Of a stretch of 64,000 bases of DNA, positions 1-10,842 are shown piece by piece. The DNA comes from Zancudomyces culisetae HAW-14-8 (taxonomy: Eukaryota > Fungi > Kickxellomycota). The translations under genes were made by a program, and so were the position numbers. The notes under the pieces are model-generated. The model was not told the origin of the DNA. It was given only the letters and a program-made list of their open reading frames with translations, and made no database searches. The stretch lies in contig JBNJNM010000021.1 in assembly GCA_052426225.1 (NCBI GenBank), forward strand, positions 2,976,001 to 3,040,000, given 5' to 3'. The stretch's first letter is position 1. Each line of letters starts with the position of its first letter.

Positions 1-1714
1 CTTCAGATTCACTGTCCATATTTGCAACCTCCACAAAATGACAATCTATGTTACACCCATCCTGAACATTTAGCATATCAATCACATATTCTCTAAATTT
101 TCTAGTAGATCTAACCGCGGTCTCAATGGTAGAATAATCCATTTCCTCTAAATCAATCAACTTGTTATTGATTCTGTTATAAACATCGGGTTCAAGAGCA
201 TTCTCCTCAAGCATAGAGTCAAATTGATAATCCATCGTGGCCATTCCACCTTTACACTTGTTATTAACACCATTATCATCACCAACGTTTTTACTACATT
301 TGATTGCTTGCTCCTTCCTTCCGATTTCTATATTGAAGAATCCTGTCATATGTCCACTGCCACATTCCTCGCTAATACTTACAAGTGCCAAAACTTCAGC
401 AATACTAGTTTTCTTGTACTTAACTGCGGGGCCGCCGTTGTTCGTTTTAGCAGGTGTATTTTCATAGATCTTTTGCAGTTGTCTAGTTATCGGATCATCC
501 GGATATTGTGGAATGGTTTCGATCGCTGGAAGTCTCATCTTTGTGGCATCACAATATCCGTAATTCCAGGAAATTTTCACAAGTTCCCCATAGCTGTAGC
601 AAGTGTTCTGGCGATAACTATCGTTATCAGCATTACCTATAATAGATTCACTTGTCGACGGTGATTTCGGAGATCGAACTTTGTTTATCAGTTCATGTAA
701 CCACTTAATTTCAAGACTACTTTCTACATTCGGAATCCACACATTCGCATTGATCGTTGTTTCCACTTTATTAATTCTATTTTCCTTTAAATTAGATATC
801 TTCTCATTAGCAATACTGGAGTCAGTCACGCGACCTCCTTCTACATGCTTACATTCAAGCACAGGAGAATTTTTCACTTGTTCTGTTACGTAGTTACAGG
901 CACTGTTTTTTAGTTTGTAGTACTCGAAAAATATATCAAAAGTCCTAGTCCACCATTTCACAAGCTCTGAACCCTCCAAAATACGCTTATTACGAATGTT
1001 TTTCTTGGAGTTAGCAAATAAATATTCTGGTTGAGCTCTAGCGAACGTGTATACAAGTACGTTTTCAATATCTTTATTATAAGCAGTATTGTATTTATAC
1101 TTGATCGCATATTCCAAGTATCCCACAATCAACGCTCTAACATAACCCAAAGAAGGACGCTTCTGCTCATCTTTGATATTTGGAGCTTTTTCGTTTCCAT
1201 ATCCTGAACTATCTACCTTTTCTATATATATTACTATCCGCCTTGTTTTCTCGTTCTGATTGCCGTTCTTGCTGGAATTTTTACAGACTTGAATTTCTAA
1301 ACCCCCAACTAGAGAGTTTGAGATTTCCGTACCACACAAGTTTGATTTATAAGAATATTGATGATAACTCGAAATATTTTTCCCAGCCTCAGTCTGCTCC
1401 TTTTCCAGAATTTTATTATTGTTAACCAATATGCTGTATTCCCTTACCTGGATTCCCGCAACAAGTACTTGTTCCCCGTTTCCAATCTTTTTTGAAAGCA
1501 ACAATATTAAATTCTGCTCCACTGTCTCATTATTTGATTCCTGATTCCATTCGCCCGCGGTTAAAGCCGGTAGTATAGTTTTTTTTGGAATTTCAGGTTT
1601 TGTATAAAAAGTATAGATTTGTCCATCGGAAGAATCGGGAATAGTCTGAACTACAGATCGGACAGATCCAATTAATGTTCCTTGTTTGATTATTGCTTTA
1701 TTGAAACTATTCAT
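1..1714 (-). CDS. RTT109: Histone H3K56 acetyltransferase Rtt109-like (KAT11); 3' end lies beyond the left window edge
   Basis: Manual translation gives an uninterrupted minus-strand frame from ATG 1714 to the window edge (MNSFNKAIIK...). It is missing from the ORF track because there is no stop in the window. Rtt109 motifs appear in order: VIYIEKVDSSGY, FARAQPEYLFANSKKN..KRILEGSELVKWW, SWNYGY, IPQYPDDPITR, EECGSGHMTGFF. Confidence 0.85.
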   Translation of the reverse strand, partial: MNSFNKAIIKQGTLIGSVRSVVQTIPDSSDGQIYTFYTKPEIPKKTILPALTAGEWNQESNNETVEQNLILLLSKKIGNGEQVLVAGIQVREYSILVNNNKILEKEQTEAGKNISSYHQYSYKSNLCGTEISNSLVGGLEIQVCKNSSKNGNQNEKTRRIVIYIEKVDSSGYGNEKAPNIKDEQKRPSLGYVRALIVGYLEYAIKYKYNTAYNKDIENVLVYTFARAQPEYLFANSKKNIRNKRILEGSELVKWWTRTFDIFFEYYKLKNSACNYVTEQVKNSPVLECKHVEGGRVTDSSIANEKISNLKENRINKVETTINANVWIPNVESSLEIKWLHELINKVRSPKSPSTSESIIGNADNDSYRQNTCYSYGELVKISWNYGYCDATKMRLPAIETIPQYPDDPITRQLQKIYENTPAKTNNGGPAVKYKKTSIAEVLALVSISEECGSGHMTGFFNIEIGRKEQAIKCSKNVGDDNGVNNKCKGGMATMDYQFDSMLEENALEPDVYNRINNKLIDLEEMDYSTIETAVRSTRKFREYVIDMLNVQDGCNIDCHFVEVANMDSESE

Positions 1715-3770
1715 GCTTTTATATTTAATTATGTAGAGTTGGAAGGATACTGAGCGAAATTACTATAAATGTTAAAACTGAATTAGTATAATTCAACTTT
1801 TGAAATGGAAAATCAAAAACTAAATAAATCGGACATTTTAACGCTAGCCAATAAATAGCTAGCGGTTTATTTATAAATTCGACTTTAACCCAACCAAATA
1901 TTTCATCAATATAAAATAAAATATTTATCAAATTGAATAAACGTGATAGAATAAAATAAACAATAATCATATTCATCTTGTTTAGAAAACTAAAATTATA
2001 TATTATAGATTATATAATAACACAATTAATCATATTTCAACGTTGTAATTATTTAAACACGCAAACAGATATAAATATTTTGATTATAACCATAAACTTT
2101 AATCAAAAATTGGGAAATTAATCATGATATTACCCTTGCTAATTTGATCTGATCATAATTAATATTGTGTAATTTAAAAAGTATAAACTCATTAAACAAT
2201 TAAAAAAGGTTAGATGATAAGGCGACATAAAAAATGGTGTATACAAGCTACGATTATAATCCGATACATTAATCTGTAACTAATTAGTAGCGCTTTTATT
2301 TAATTTAAAATGTAAAAATGACAAGGATTCTAATTGCGAGGTCAAATTATAATAGTAGACATAAATTAAATACAAATGATAACAAGATAGAGTTTTGGTT
2401 CAATTCTTATTTCAACAAAAATAACAAATAAATAATTGCAAAAGTAGTGTTGTCGATTCTATTAAATATTTAGGCACTAAGTTTATTAGGCTGTAAAGAT
2501 TCTATCAATCATATCATTAACTAACCAAATCAAAATAATAGAATTAGAAAATGAAATAATAACAAAAGAAAATGAATAACATAACTAATATGCGGTAATC
2601 GAAAATTTAAATATAATGGAGTGAAGTAGTAGACAAACAAATAAGAATATATTACTAGATAAACATAGCATGCTAGCTTGGGAGTTAATAATTGAAAGCG
2701 AATAAAAATGAAAGAAGATTGAGGTTACAAAGATATGATTTAGATAAAATAAGTATATTAGACATTTAACAATATCCATTTTCTAACTGATAAAGTAAAT
2801 CCTGAGCTATATTTACACAGGATAAAATTAAGATAGTAAGTGTTAGCCAAGATAAATATTTAATAATATGTGATAAATAATAGAACGAATTGAAGTAATA
2901 AGAAATAGTATATAGTTGATAAATAACAAACATAAGTGATATTACTAATAACAATTATATTATATGACATGAAATTTATACCCCAAGATGATAGAGAATA
3001 TAATTATGTAACATATTAATTATACTGTTATAATATGTAGGTGTTTCAACAACATGATATAATATATCGTTGGAAATATTATAGTAAGTATAGAACAGGC
3101 ACCATAGATATACTCAGACTAAAGTTTACTGATTTGTTATGTATTCCTACACTCATATTACTAAATCCAACTAAATATGATGTAAAAAAATTATTAGTAA
3201 GAAACACTTGTGTGCCTAAATTAGCTATACTCGCATTGCAGAATTTAAATAGAATAAATATCTAGAAAAGATAATGTGGGCAAATTCATTAAAACAAATA
3301 TTATCGAGTTGCTATACATACTCAGGTATACTCATTGTCGGATTAAATTTACCTTTTGTAAACTATATCTGACAGTACCAGTTTCAATAGTATGATGAAT
3401 AGATAAAATTAACTAACAATAAGTGGTAGGACCCTATTTTGATATGTTAATTGAGTTTAACTATTGTATAAGTTGAAATAAATATGCTACGAAATTAAGA
3501 TGCCAAAAACAAAAATTGATAACTACAATTATAATGCGGTTTAAAACAATAGTAACCATATTAAATCAGCTTAAAATATAAATACTATTCGATAATTATT
3601 AGTATAATTAAAATGAATTATAATTAATAAGTACGTCTGGTTGTAAAACAAAATAATTATCACATGACACATACAAAATTGTAAGTGAGATAGCCATTAG
3701 AAATTCATATGTGTGGCAGTATACAAAACATATAAAATTAAAGAGCGATAACTAAAAATCGTAAAAGTAA

Positions 3771-3843
3771 AGCCCAACGCGGGGGTCGAACCCGCAACCT
3801 TGAGATTAAGAGTCTCACGCTCTACCGATTGAGCTAGCCGGGC
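3771..3843 (-). tRNA. tRNA-Lys (anticodon CTT)
   Basis: Minus strand GCCCGGCTAGCTCAATCGGTAGAGCGTGAGACTCTTAATCTCAAGGTTGCGGGTTCGACCCCCGCGTTGGGCT folds as a full cloverleaf. T-runs follow (Pol III terminator-like). Confidence 0.95.
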
Positions 3844-3845
3844 AA

Positions 3846-3917
3846 TGGAGAATGCGAGGATCGAACACGCGGCCTCTCGCATGCAAAGCGAGCGCTCTAC
3901 CACTGAGCTAATTCCCC
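3846..3917 (-). tRNA. tRNA-Ala (anticodon TGC)
   Basis: Minus strand GGGGAATTAGCTCAGTGGTAGAGCGCTCGCTTTGCATGCGAGAGGCCGCGTGTTCGATCCTCGCATTCTCCA. G3:U70 Ala identity pair and A73 are present. One U-U mismatch in the T-stem. Confidence 0.9.
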
Positions 3918-3925
3918 TTGTGTCT

Positions 3926-4351
3926 TGTTATATTTTATTTCTAAAATATATGTATTTACTATAATTGTTCTATAATATTTCTTTAAGTTATTGTTATTAA
4001 CTATAACAAGGTAATTATATTTTTAACTGATTATTTTCTGTATATCTTTCTTTATTTTGTCAAATATTTCCCTTTTTTATACTTTTTTTCTTTCTAAGTA
4101 AAAATTAATTTAAACTAAGATACTGAAACTAAACTTCTTTAATACTAAAACAATAAATTACTATTAAAAATTATATGACTAAACAAACGTTTGTATTGCG
4201 ACTCTATGAGTCATCAGAAAAAACTAGATGACGTTATTTTCATCGATAGTGAAAAAAACTGATCCTCATTAGTTATCGCAAACTAATAATTTATTCGTTT
4301 GCATGATGACTAATTAATTAGTCATCATGCTCTCCTGCCCACTATATGACA
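3926..4351 (-). repeat. 3' LTR of element A
   Basis: Direct repeat of 8788-9213. Adjacent PPT AGGGGAGGGGG (minus) at 4355-4365. Confidence 0.95.
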
Positions 4352-4363
4352 GTACCCCCTCCC

Positions 4364-7300
4364 CTAAGCAAAGATGCCCTCATCGCGTGCTCTTTGTCGG
4401 AACCTTTTTAGCTTGGACTTTAATGTGGTAGTCACCTCCGGAATCATATGGCTACTCATGTGGTACTGTTTGAGTATGTCTCCGTGTACTAGGTCCCGAT
4501 TACCGTACTTGTCACTGATGATGTACGTGCCCTTATCTAGCTTATTCTGAATTGTATAGGGTCCCTCCCAGACTCTTTCTAACTTGGCCCTTTCGTACTC
4601 AATCAGCTTCAAGACTAAATCTCCTACTTTAAAGCTGTATTCCACAACCTTCCGATTATAGATATTTTCATCATACCTTTTGGCTCTCGCTGAGTTCTGG
4701 TTTCCTAGTTGCCGAAGGATTGGCAATTCGCCCTTTATGCTTTTAATCCTGTTCTGCACTTGCTCTTCCTCATTGTCAATTTCCCCATTATAATTCCAAG
4801 TTGAAGGCAGTTCTAGCTGTACCCCATACAACATTTCAGCCGGGCTGAATCCCGTAGATTTGTTCTTCATGGTGCGAAGTACTAGTAAGGTCTTCCACAT
4901 GTGTCTATCCCAGTTGACTTTGTCGTTTCGGCATTGCTTCTGTAAAATGTTAACCAAAGTGCGATTCAACCTCTCTACCTGTCCGTTACTCTGGGGACGG
5001 TAGGGTGTTGTTGGTGCGTGTCGGGTTCCTAGCCACTCGTAAACCTCTGTTGTTACTTCGCTGACAAATCCTGCGCCTCTGTCAGTGATAATTCTTTGCG
5101 GAATCCCAAACTCCTTAACAATGTGTGATATAATAAAGTCTACCACGGTATCACTCTGTATATTTGTCACTGGTACAGCTATAGGCCATTTTGTGCAATA
5201 ATCAATCGCTGTCAAAATAAACCTATTCCCGGATTCCGACCCCGGACTTATTGGTCCTATAGCATCAATACCGACAATCTCGAATGGTTTCTGAACCTTG
5301 ATGGGTACCAAAGGATGCTTCTTAGTTCTTCCGTCTTTATACAGCTGACAGGTATGGCAGCTTTGAACTATCTCGTATACATCTTTGTAAAGTTCTGTTC
5401 CGCAATATCTGGCACTGACCCGCTTCCAGGTATTCTCTATACCTTCATGAGACTCTTCGTGAATTTTATTGATTATTTCCTTATAATTTCGCTCGTGAAG
5501 CACCTCTTTCAGAATCTTTTTAACTCTCTTAAATAGCTTTCCTTCTATTAATCTGTACTGCCTGGATTTATTCCTCAAGCGTTTTCGAAAATTCTCGTCA
5601 CTATTCCTAGGATAGGATAGGTCCGCCAAGTACTGTCTTACCGCCTCATGTTCTAGGTATCCCATTGCACACACGTCCAATTCTTCCGGTTTGTCCTCTG
5701 TGCTTTCCGTAACCAATCTTGACAGTCCGTCAGCAGGATTAAATTTTCCCGGTAAGTGTTCTATTTCAAAATCATAGTTCCTTAGCACCATCGCCCATCT
5801 GGCGATTCTCCCGGAGATATCAGGCCCATGGAATATCTGTATCAGGGACTTGTGATCTGTACGAATACGGAATTTCCTGCCCCAAACGTAATACTTGTAC
5901 TTCTTCACCGCCCATACTACAGCCAGCGCTTCTAGATGGCTTATACTGTAATTCTTCTCTGCCTTATTGGTTGTCCTACTTGCAAACTCGATCACTCTTT
6001 CCGAACCTTTTTCACCTTGCGAAAGTACGGCTCCAATCCCTAGCATAGATGCATCCGTAGTGATGACAAATTCCTGTTCCCAATCCGGATGGCCCAGTAC
6101 TGGTGCAGTCGTTAGTAATGTCTTTAGCTGTGTTACTGCCCCGGCTTGCTCTTCGGTCCACCTCCACTTTTCGTCTTTCTTGAGTAACCTGGTTAGTGGG
6201 TTTGCTATCCGTGCATAGTTTGGAATGTACTTTCTATAGTACCCCGTCAATCCTAGGAGAGATTGTACTTCCTTTATATTTGTTGGTTCTTTGACTGTCT
6301 GTATCGCTGATATTTTCTTCGGACTCGTGCCAATACCTTTATCTGAGACCACGTGCCCCAAGTAATCTATTTCTTTTTGACCTATGGCACATTTGTTACG
6401 GTGTAGCTGGATCTTGTTCTTCCTCAACAAGTTAAATACCAGTTCCAGATCCTTTGCGTGTTCGTCCACTTCTTTTGAAAACACTATGATGTCGTCTATA
6501 AAGACGACGGCCTTTTTCCACAACACCGGTTTTAATATCTGCTCCATAGTCCTTTGGAACGTTGCTGGACTATTCGTTAGCCCAAAGGGCATAACGTTGT
6601 ATCTAAAGCTACCACTCCCTGGAAGGGCAAAACTCGTCTTGTCCTTATCTGTTTCCCGCATTTTGATTTGCCAGAATCCACTTAGCGCGTCTAGGGAGCT
6701 AAAAATCACTGCCCCTGACAACGCCATAAATAGATCCTGGATAACGGGTAAAGGATACGAATCCTTTTTTGTAACTTTGTTGAGCTGTCGGTAATCTGCG
6801 CAAACTCGCAACTTACCATCCTTCTTGTGAACGATTACGACAGGCGAGCACCATTCGGCGTTGCTTGGTTCAATGATTCCTTTCTCTAACATTTCCTTTA
6901 ACTGCTCTTCTACTTTCTCTTGTAACCTAAAGGGAATCCGATATGGCCGCTGACGAATGGGTTTGTCTACTTCTAGCTCAATCCTATGTTCGGCTACGTC
7001 GGTCTGCTTCAAATCTGAAATATCCTCGACAAAAATGTCATCATATTCAGCTAGTACCTTCCTAGTATTCTCGTCTATGAAATCTTCCTTGCACTCGGGT
7101 CCTTCTTTCAAAATTAAATAGATTTCTGATTCTATTTCCTGAACTTCGTTGGATGTTACCAGTCTTGAAATTACTTCCGCATTCTCAATGGGGAACCTTA
7201 TTTCCGGTACGCGCAGGTTTATGGAAGCCCGGTGTTGTACCAACCAATCAGTACCTAGGATCAACGTCCCTTCGTTTTTTGACATAACTACTAGGTTTGC

Positions 7301-8743
7301 TGGAAAGACAAATGAGGCTATCTTAACTGGAACTCTATTTACTTTTCCTAGCGTAGGGTGTCGTTTCCCATCAGCAGTTACTATTATTTGCTTCGAGGAA
7401 CTTTCCACACCAACTCCCCATTCATCAATCATATTAATAGAAACCACGGAACATGCTGCTCCTGTGTCTATTACGGCCATGATCTCTTGCCCGAACACTT
7501 CCACCAAGGCTCTGCAGTTTGTAGTCTTCTTTTCTTGTAGTTGGATTTCATTTATTTCAGCTGCTTCGGCCCTATCGCAAATCTTAACTAGTTCCTTTGA
7601 CAATGATGGTGAGGTATTCAAGAGTTGAATTAAGTTGATTTTCGGATACACCTTTTCGAGTTCTTCCTTGAGTGAAAACTTCTTGTTTCCATCTACTACC
7701 TTATTGTAGTATCTTTTAGTTAACTGTGCTCTAAGCGGTATGTCCTCTCTAACTTCCTCAATCTCTTTCTCTACCTCAGTTGCTTCTGCACTTGTCATAT
7801 TTCTCTCTTGGGTTACGGTTCTATTAGCTCGCTTACTAGGTCTTTGATCTGAGCTTTTGTCATTTTGAGCATAACCCCTCTTTTCTACTGCAAATATCTC
7901 TTGATCTTTGACGTCATCCATCTTGACTAAATCTATATAGTTCACGTTGGTACCTGCCTCTTCCTTTGATCCCTTGTTTTGTTGTGCTTTCCACTTTTGG
8001 CACTCAAATCTTCTGTGACCTTCTTCCTGGCAAAAGTAACAGGTATAGCTTCTTGTATTTGCGGTGTTATAGCTTTTCAGCTTCTTGTCAATAGCTTCGT
8101 CGACCCTGGATAACAGGTTGACGCTCATCTCTTCAAATTTTTTAATCATCGCTGCGTATGGTGCCTGATCCTTAGCCATTTCCTTTATAGTTTTTCCTTG
8201 CTTACTAGCTGCGTTACGAGTTGCTTCCTTGATCTTTACACCTACGCCTTCCATTTTCATTTTTGCATCTTTTCTGGTTCGTTGAAACTTCTGTACGTGT
8301 GCAACCACTGCATCCCAACTGGTATACTCAATACTTTCAACACTTTCTTTGCAATCCGGATTCAGTGTACTTATGAGTAGGTTTATCCTCATGTCATTGT
8401 CTATGATCCCTGCCTTGGTGCATAGCTGTTCTACCTCATACTCTAGTTCCTCAATGCTGCTAAAGTCTGCTTGTCTGATATCTTTAAGCCTGTCCCAGAT
8501 CCTTGTCTTGGATTCCTTGATAGTAAACTTGTTCTTCATTGCCTTGCTAAACGCTTTCCAGTCAGTAAAGGTACCTTTACTCTTCTTGTACCACAAGACT
8601 TCTTTCTTTCCCAAGTATAACCTTGCCAAGTCAACCCAATCATCCTCGCTCCAGCCATTCTGTTTAGCTACGAGTCTAAAGTTATCTGTCCATTCTTCCG
8701 GATCATGACCTTGATCTGCCTCAAACACTGTTGGAGTTATCAT
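4364..8743 (-). CDS. Gag-Pol polyprotein (gag, CCHC knuckle, protease, RT, RNase H, integrase with GPY/F), 1459 aa
   Basis: CYFCQEEGHRRFEC, IDTGA, FIDD, TDAS..ADGLSR, HEESH..CHTC, DDE core and WEGPY. No chromodomain. Confidence 0.96.
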   Translation of the reverse strand: MITPTVFEADQGHDPEEWTDNFRLVAKQNGWSEDDWVDLARLYLGKKEVLWYKKSKGTFTDWKAFSKAMKNKFTIKESKTRIWDRLKDIRQADFSSIEELEYEVEQLCTKAGIIDNDMRINLLISTLNPDCKESVESIEYTSWDAVVAHVQKFQRTRKDAKMKMEGVGVKIKEATRNAASKQGKTIKEMAKDQAPYAAMIKKFEEMSVNLLSRVDEAIDKKLKSYNTANTRSYTCYFCQEEGHRRFECQKWKAQQNKGSKEEAGTNVNYIDLVKMDDVKDQEIFAVEKRGYAQNDKSSDQRPSKRANRTVTQERNMTSAEATEVEKEIEEVREDIPLRAQLTKRYYNKVVDGNKKFSLKEELEKVYPKINLIQLLNTSPSLSKELVKICDRAEAAEINEIQLQEKKTTNCRALVEVFGQEIMAVIDTGAACSVVSINMIDEWGVGVESSSKQIIVTADGKRHPTLGKVNRVPVKIASFVFPANLVVMSKNEGTLILGTDWLVQHRASINLRVPEIRFPIENAEVISRLVTSNEVQEIESEIYLILKEGPECKEDFIDENTRKVLAEYDDIFVEDISDLKQTDVAEHRIELEVDKPIRQRPYRIPFRLQEKVEEQLKEMLEKGIIEPSNAEWCSPVVIVHKKDGKLRVCADYRQLNKVTKKDSYPLPVIQDLFMALSGAVIFSSLDALSGFWQIKMRETDKDKTSFALPGSGSFRYNVMPFGLTNSPATFQRTMEQILKPVLWKKAVVFIDDIIVFSKEVDEHAKDLELVFNLLRKNKIQLHRNKCAIGQKEIDYLGHVVSDKGIGTSPKKISAIQTVKEPTNIKEVQSLLGLTGYYRKYIPNYARIANPLTRLLKKDEKWRWTEEQAGAVTQLKTLLTTAPVLGHPDWEQEFVITTDASMLGIGAVLSQGEKGSERVIEFASRTTNKAEKNYSISHLEALAVVWAVKKYKYYVWGRKFRIRTDHKSLIQIFHGPDISGRIARWAMVLRNYDFEIEHLPGKFNPADGLSRLVTESTEDKPEELDVCAMGYLEHEAVRQYLADLSYPRNSDENFRKRLRNKSRQYRLIEGKLFKRVKKILKEVLHERNYKEIINKIHEESHEGIENTWKRVSARYCGTELYKDVYEIVQSCHTCQLYKDGRTKKHPLVPIKVQKPFEIVGIDAIGPISPGSESGNRFILTAIDYCTKWPIAVPVTNIQSDTVVDFIISHIVKEFGIPQRIITDRGAGFVSEVTTEVYEWLGTRHAPTTPYRPQSNGQVERLNRTLVNILQKQCRNDKVNWDRHMWKTLLVLRTMKNKSTGFSPAEMLYGVQLELPSTWNYNGEIDNEEEQVQNRIKSIKGELPILRQLGNQNSARAKRYDENIYNRKVVEYSFKVGDLVLKLIEYERAKLERVWEGPYTIQNKLDKGTYIISDKYGNRDLVHGDILKQYHMSSHMIPEVTTTLKSKLKRFRQRARDEGIFA

Positions 8744-8769
8744 CTTGTTATCAATACTAGGTTTTTAGG

Positions 8770-8786
8770 CCTAGCTGGGAGCGCCA
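8770..8786 (-). promoter_or_regulatory. tRNA primer-binding site of element A
   Basis: TGGCGCTCCCAGCTAGG lies 1 nt after the 5' LTR and is complementary to a tRNA 3' end ...GGGAGCG-CCA. Primer identity not determined (G discriminator, possibly Arg). Confidence 0.8.
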
Positions 8787-8787
8787 C

Positions 8788-9213
8788 TGTTATATTTTAT
8801 TTCTAAAATATATGTATTTACTATAATTGTTCTATAATATTTCTTTAAGTTATTGTTATTAACTATAACAAGGTAATTATATTTTTAACTGATTATTTTC
8901 TGTATATCTTTCTTTATTTTGTCAAATATTTCCCTTTTTTATACTTTTTTTCTTTCTAAGTAAAAATTAATTTAAACTAAGATACTGAAACTAAACTTCT
9001 TTAATACTAAAACAATAAATTACTATTAAAAATTATATGACTAAACAAACGTTTGTATTGCGACTCTATGAGTCATCAGAAAAAACTAGATGACGTTATT
9101 TTCATCGATAGTGAAAAAAACTGATCCTCATTAGTTATCGCAAACTAATAATTTGTTCGTTTGCATGATGACTAATTAATTAGTCATCATGCTCTCCTGC
9201 CCACTATATGACA
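8788..9213 (-). repeat. 5' LTR of element A
   Basis: Direct repeat of 3926-4351, adjacent to the PBS. Confidence 0.95.
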
Positions 9214-10842
9214 GTCTGTGTCGTATTAGTTTTTATAGTATAGGTATGGACATTTTTTCCCACTGGGTTTTTCCCCATACATTTGATTATTTTTATTAGT
9301 ATTATTACCGTCTATTATTATCATCGCACTTTTATGTTTCAAAATAAATCAATGTAATTTATCTTAATGATAAATTACAATGTACCTCGTTAGTGAAAAC
9401 GGGGAAAAAATATGAGATGTTAATCAGGAGTAGTTAAAACAAGATAAAACAAGGGGAAGAAGATAAGAAACACAATATTTAGTGAAACTTGTCAGAAAAA
9501 CTCCAAAACCTGATACAAACGAGAATGTGAATCAAGGAGAAATAAAACTATATAAACCCTAGATTTTTGACAAAAGTGAAAGACATCATGATAACAACAA
9601 CATTAATTTTATTAACAACAACATTAATTTTATTAACAACTTTATTAATCTTTAAATCTATCTTTAATATAAATAACTTATAAATAAAAATATAAAATAA
9701 ATATAAACATAAAAATATTTACAACATCTGTGTAATATTAATTAGGAATATTATTGTACCCGTTATGGGTGCACAGTGTCAATACACTAGTTATTTTCTT
9801 TACGGAGGGTGTTTAGGTCCACCGTTACTGAAAATAACTTGATTAATGTAGACACTTGTTCAAATTTAATTCTTGTTTATTCCTTTTCGATACTATAAAC
9901 ACTATATATGGAACTTGTATCTATATAACTTATTAACCAAAAAAATTCTCTTTTTTAAAAACAAAATGATAACGTGGACTTGTTATCAAGGAAGTAGGAA
10001 AAAACCCTCCTCAGGGAGAAAAGTCCAATCTTCCCAATAATTTAATACTAATAATAATAATAATAAAATAATAACATTATGACTAATTAATAACCAATTA
10101 CCTATCCAATTCCTGACAAGGGGTAATCCATCAATTTCGATATGACATCTGTTTTAATTTTAGATTGCACAAAATTTCTCAGGAAATTTCCGCAACTAAA
10201 CCTACAAAAAGTTCTGCTAATAGAGGTGAAACGTTACTGGAGAAAATTATACTTTATTTTAACCAGTCGTTTCTACTTTATAGCTTTTATTTAATTTAGT
10301 TTTATGTATTTATTACTTCAATAAATGCGATAAAACTGAGTAAAATTACGCCCAACTCCTAAAATTTGGTGTGCAAAACAATTAATTTTGGTCCAAAAAT
10401 TAGACTCTGATACCTTTCTGATACCCTTTGAAAATTGTGTTACGCTTCACTACCTATGTTTTTTTTTTGGTTTTAGGTAGGTTTTTGCTCAAATCACAAA
10501 TTTCAATTTTATAGAGTAAAATCAAGTATTTTAGAGCTAATTTGTATTATATTTAATGAATAACTTTTAAAAATAAAAAGATAAAACCAAACAAACTTGT
10601 GGTGGGGTTACTAGTAATATACTAGTACCTGACTAGCTATTTTATTAGAACTTTATATAATAGAAACTTAAAATAAAATAATCAAAACTTAATATTGACT
10701 CACTTTTTGGGTGGTAATTTCACCCTAGTAATCCCAGATTACTAGCTCGAACACCCGAGATAACGGTGGTTATTCGGTGTTTGAGAAGCTGTATGCTGTT
10801 CATCCAATAGTTTGGCTTGGGTAGAACTAAGCATACAACAGT

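Larger units (their letters stand above)
3926..9213 (-). mobile_element. Full-length Ty3/Gypsy LTR retrotransposon, non-chromodomain (element A), apparently intact
   Basis: 426-bp TG...CA LTRs at 3926-4351 and 8788-9213 (one substitution seen). 4-bp TSD GTCT at 3922-3925 and 9214-9217. TGG-type PBS, PPT and a single gag-pol ORF. Confidence 0.97.

Noticed and set aside
330-395. Apparent decayed zinc knuckle on the minus strand
   Set aside because: In the correct frame it reads VSISEECGSGHMTG, part of the Rtt109 C-terminal motif.
224-1425. Plus-strand ORFs 224-664, 237-467, 681-893 and 1180-1425
   Set aside because: Antisense shadows of the minus-strand RTT109-like frame.
2585-2954. Hydrophobic short ORFs suggesting a membrane protein or NUMT
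   Set aside because: Hydrophobicity is explained by T-rich composition, and no motif is recognisable.
3697-3903. 68-aa ORF
   Set aside because: It is just a translation of the two tRNA genes.
9380-10380. Possible additional solo LTRs or a MITE (TG...CA segments, hairpins, imperfect inverted repeat)
   Set aside because: No TSD and no second copy in the window, so boundaries cannot be supported.
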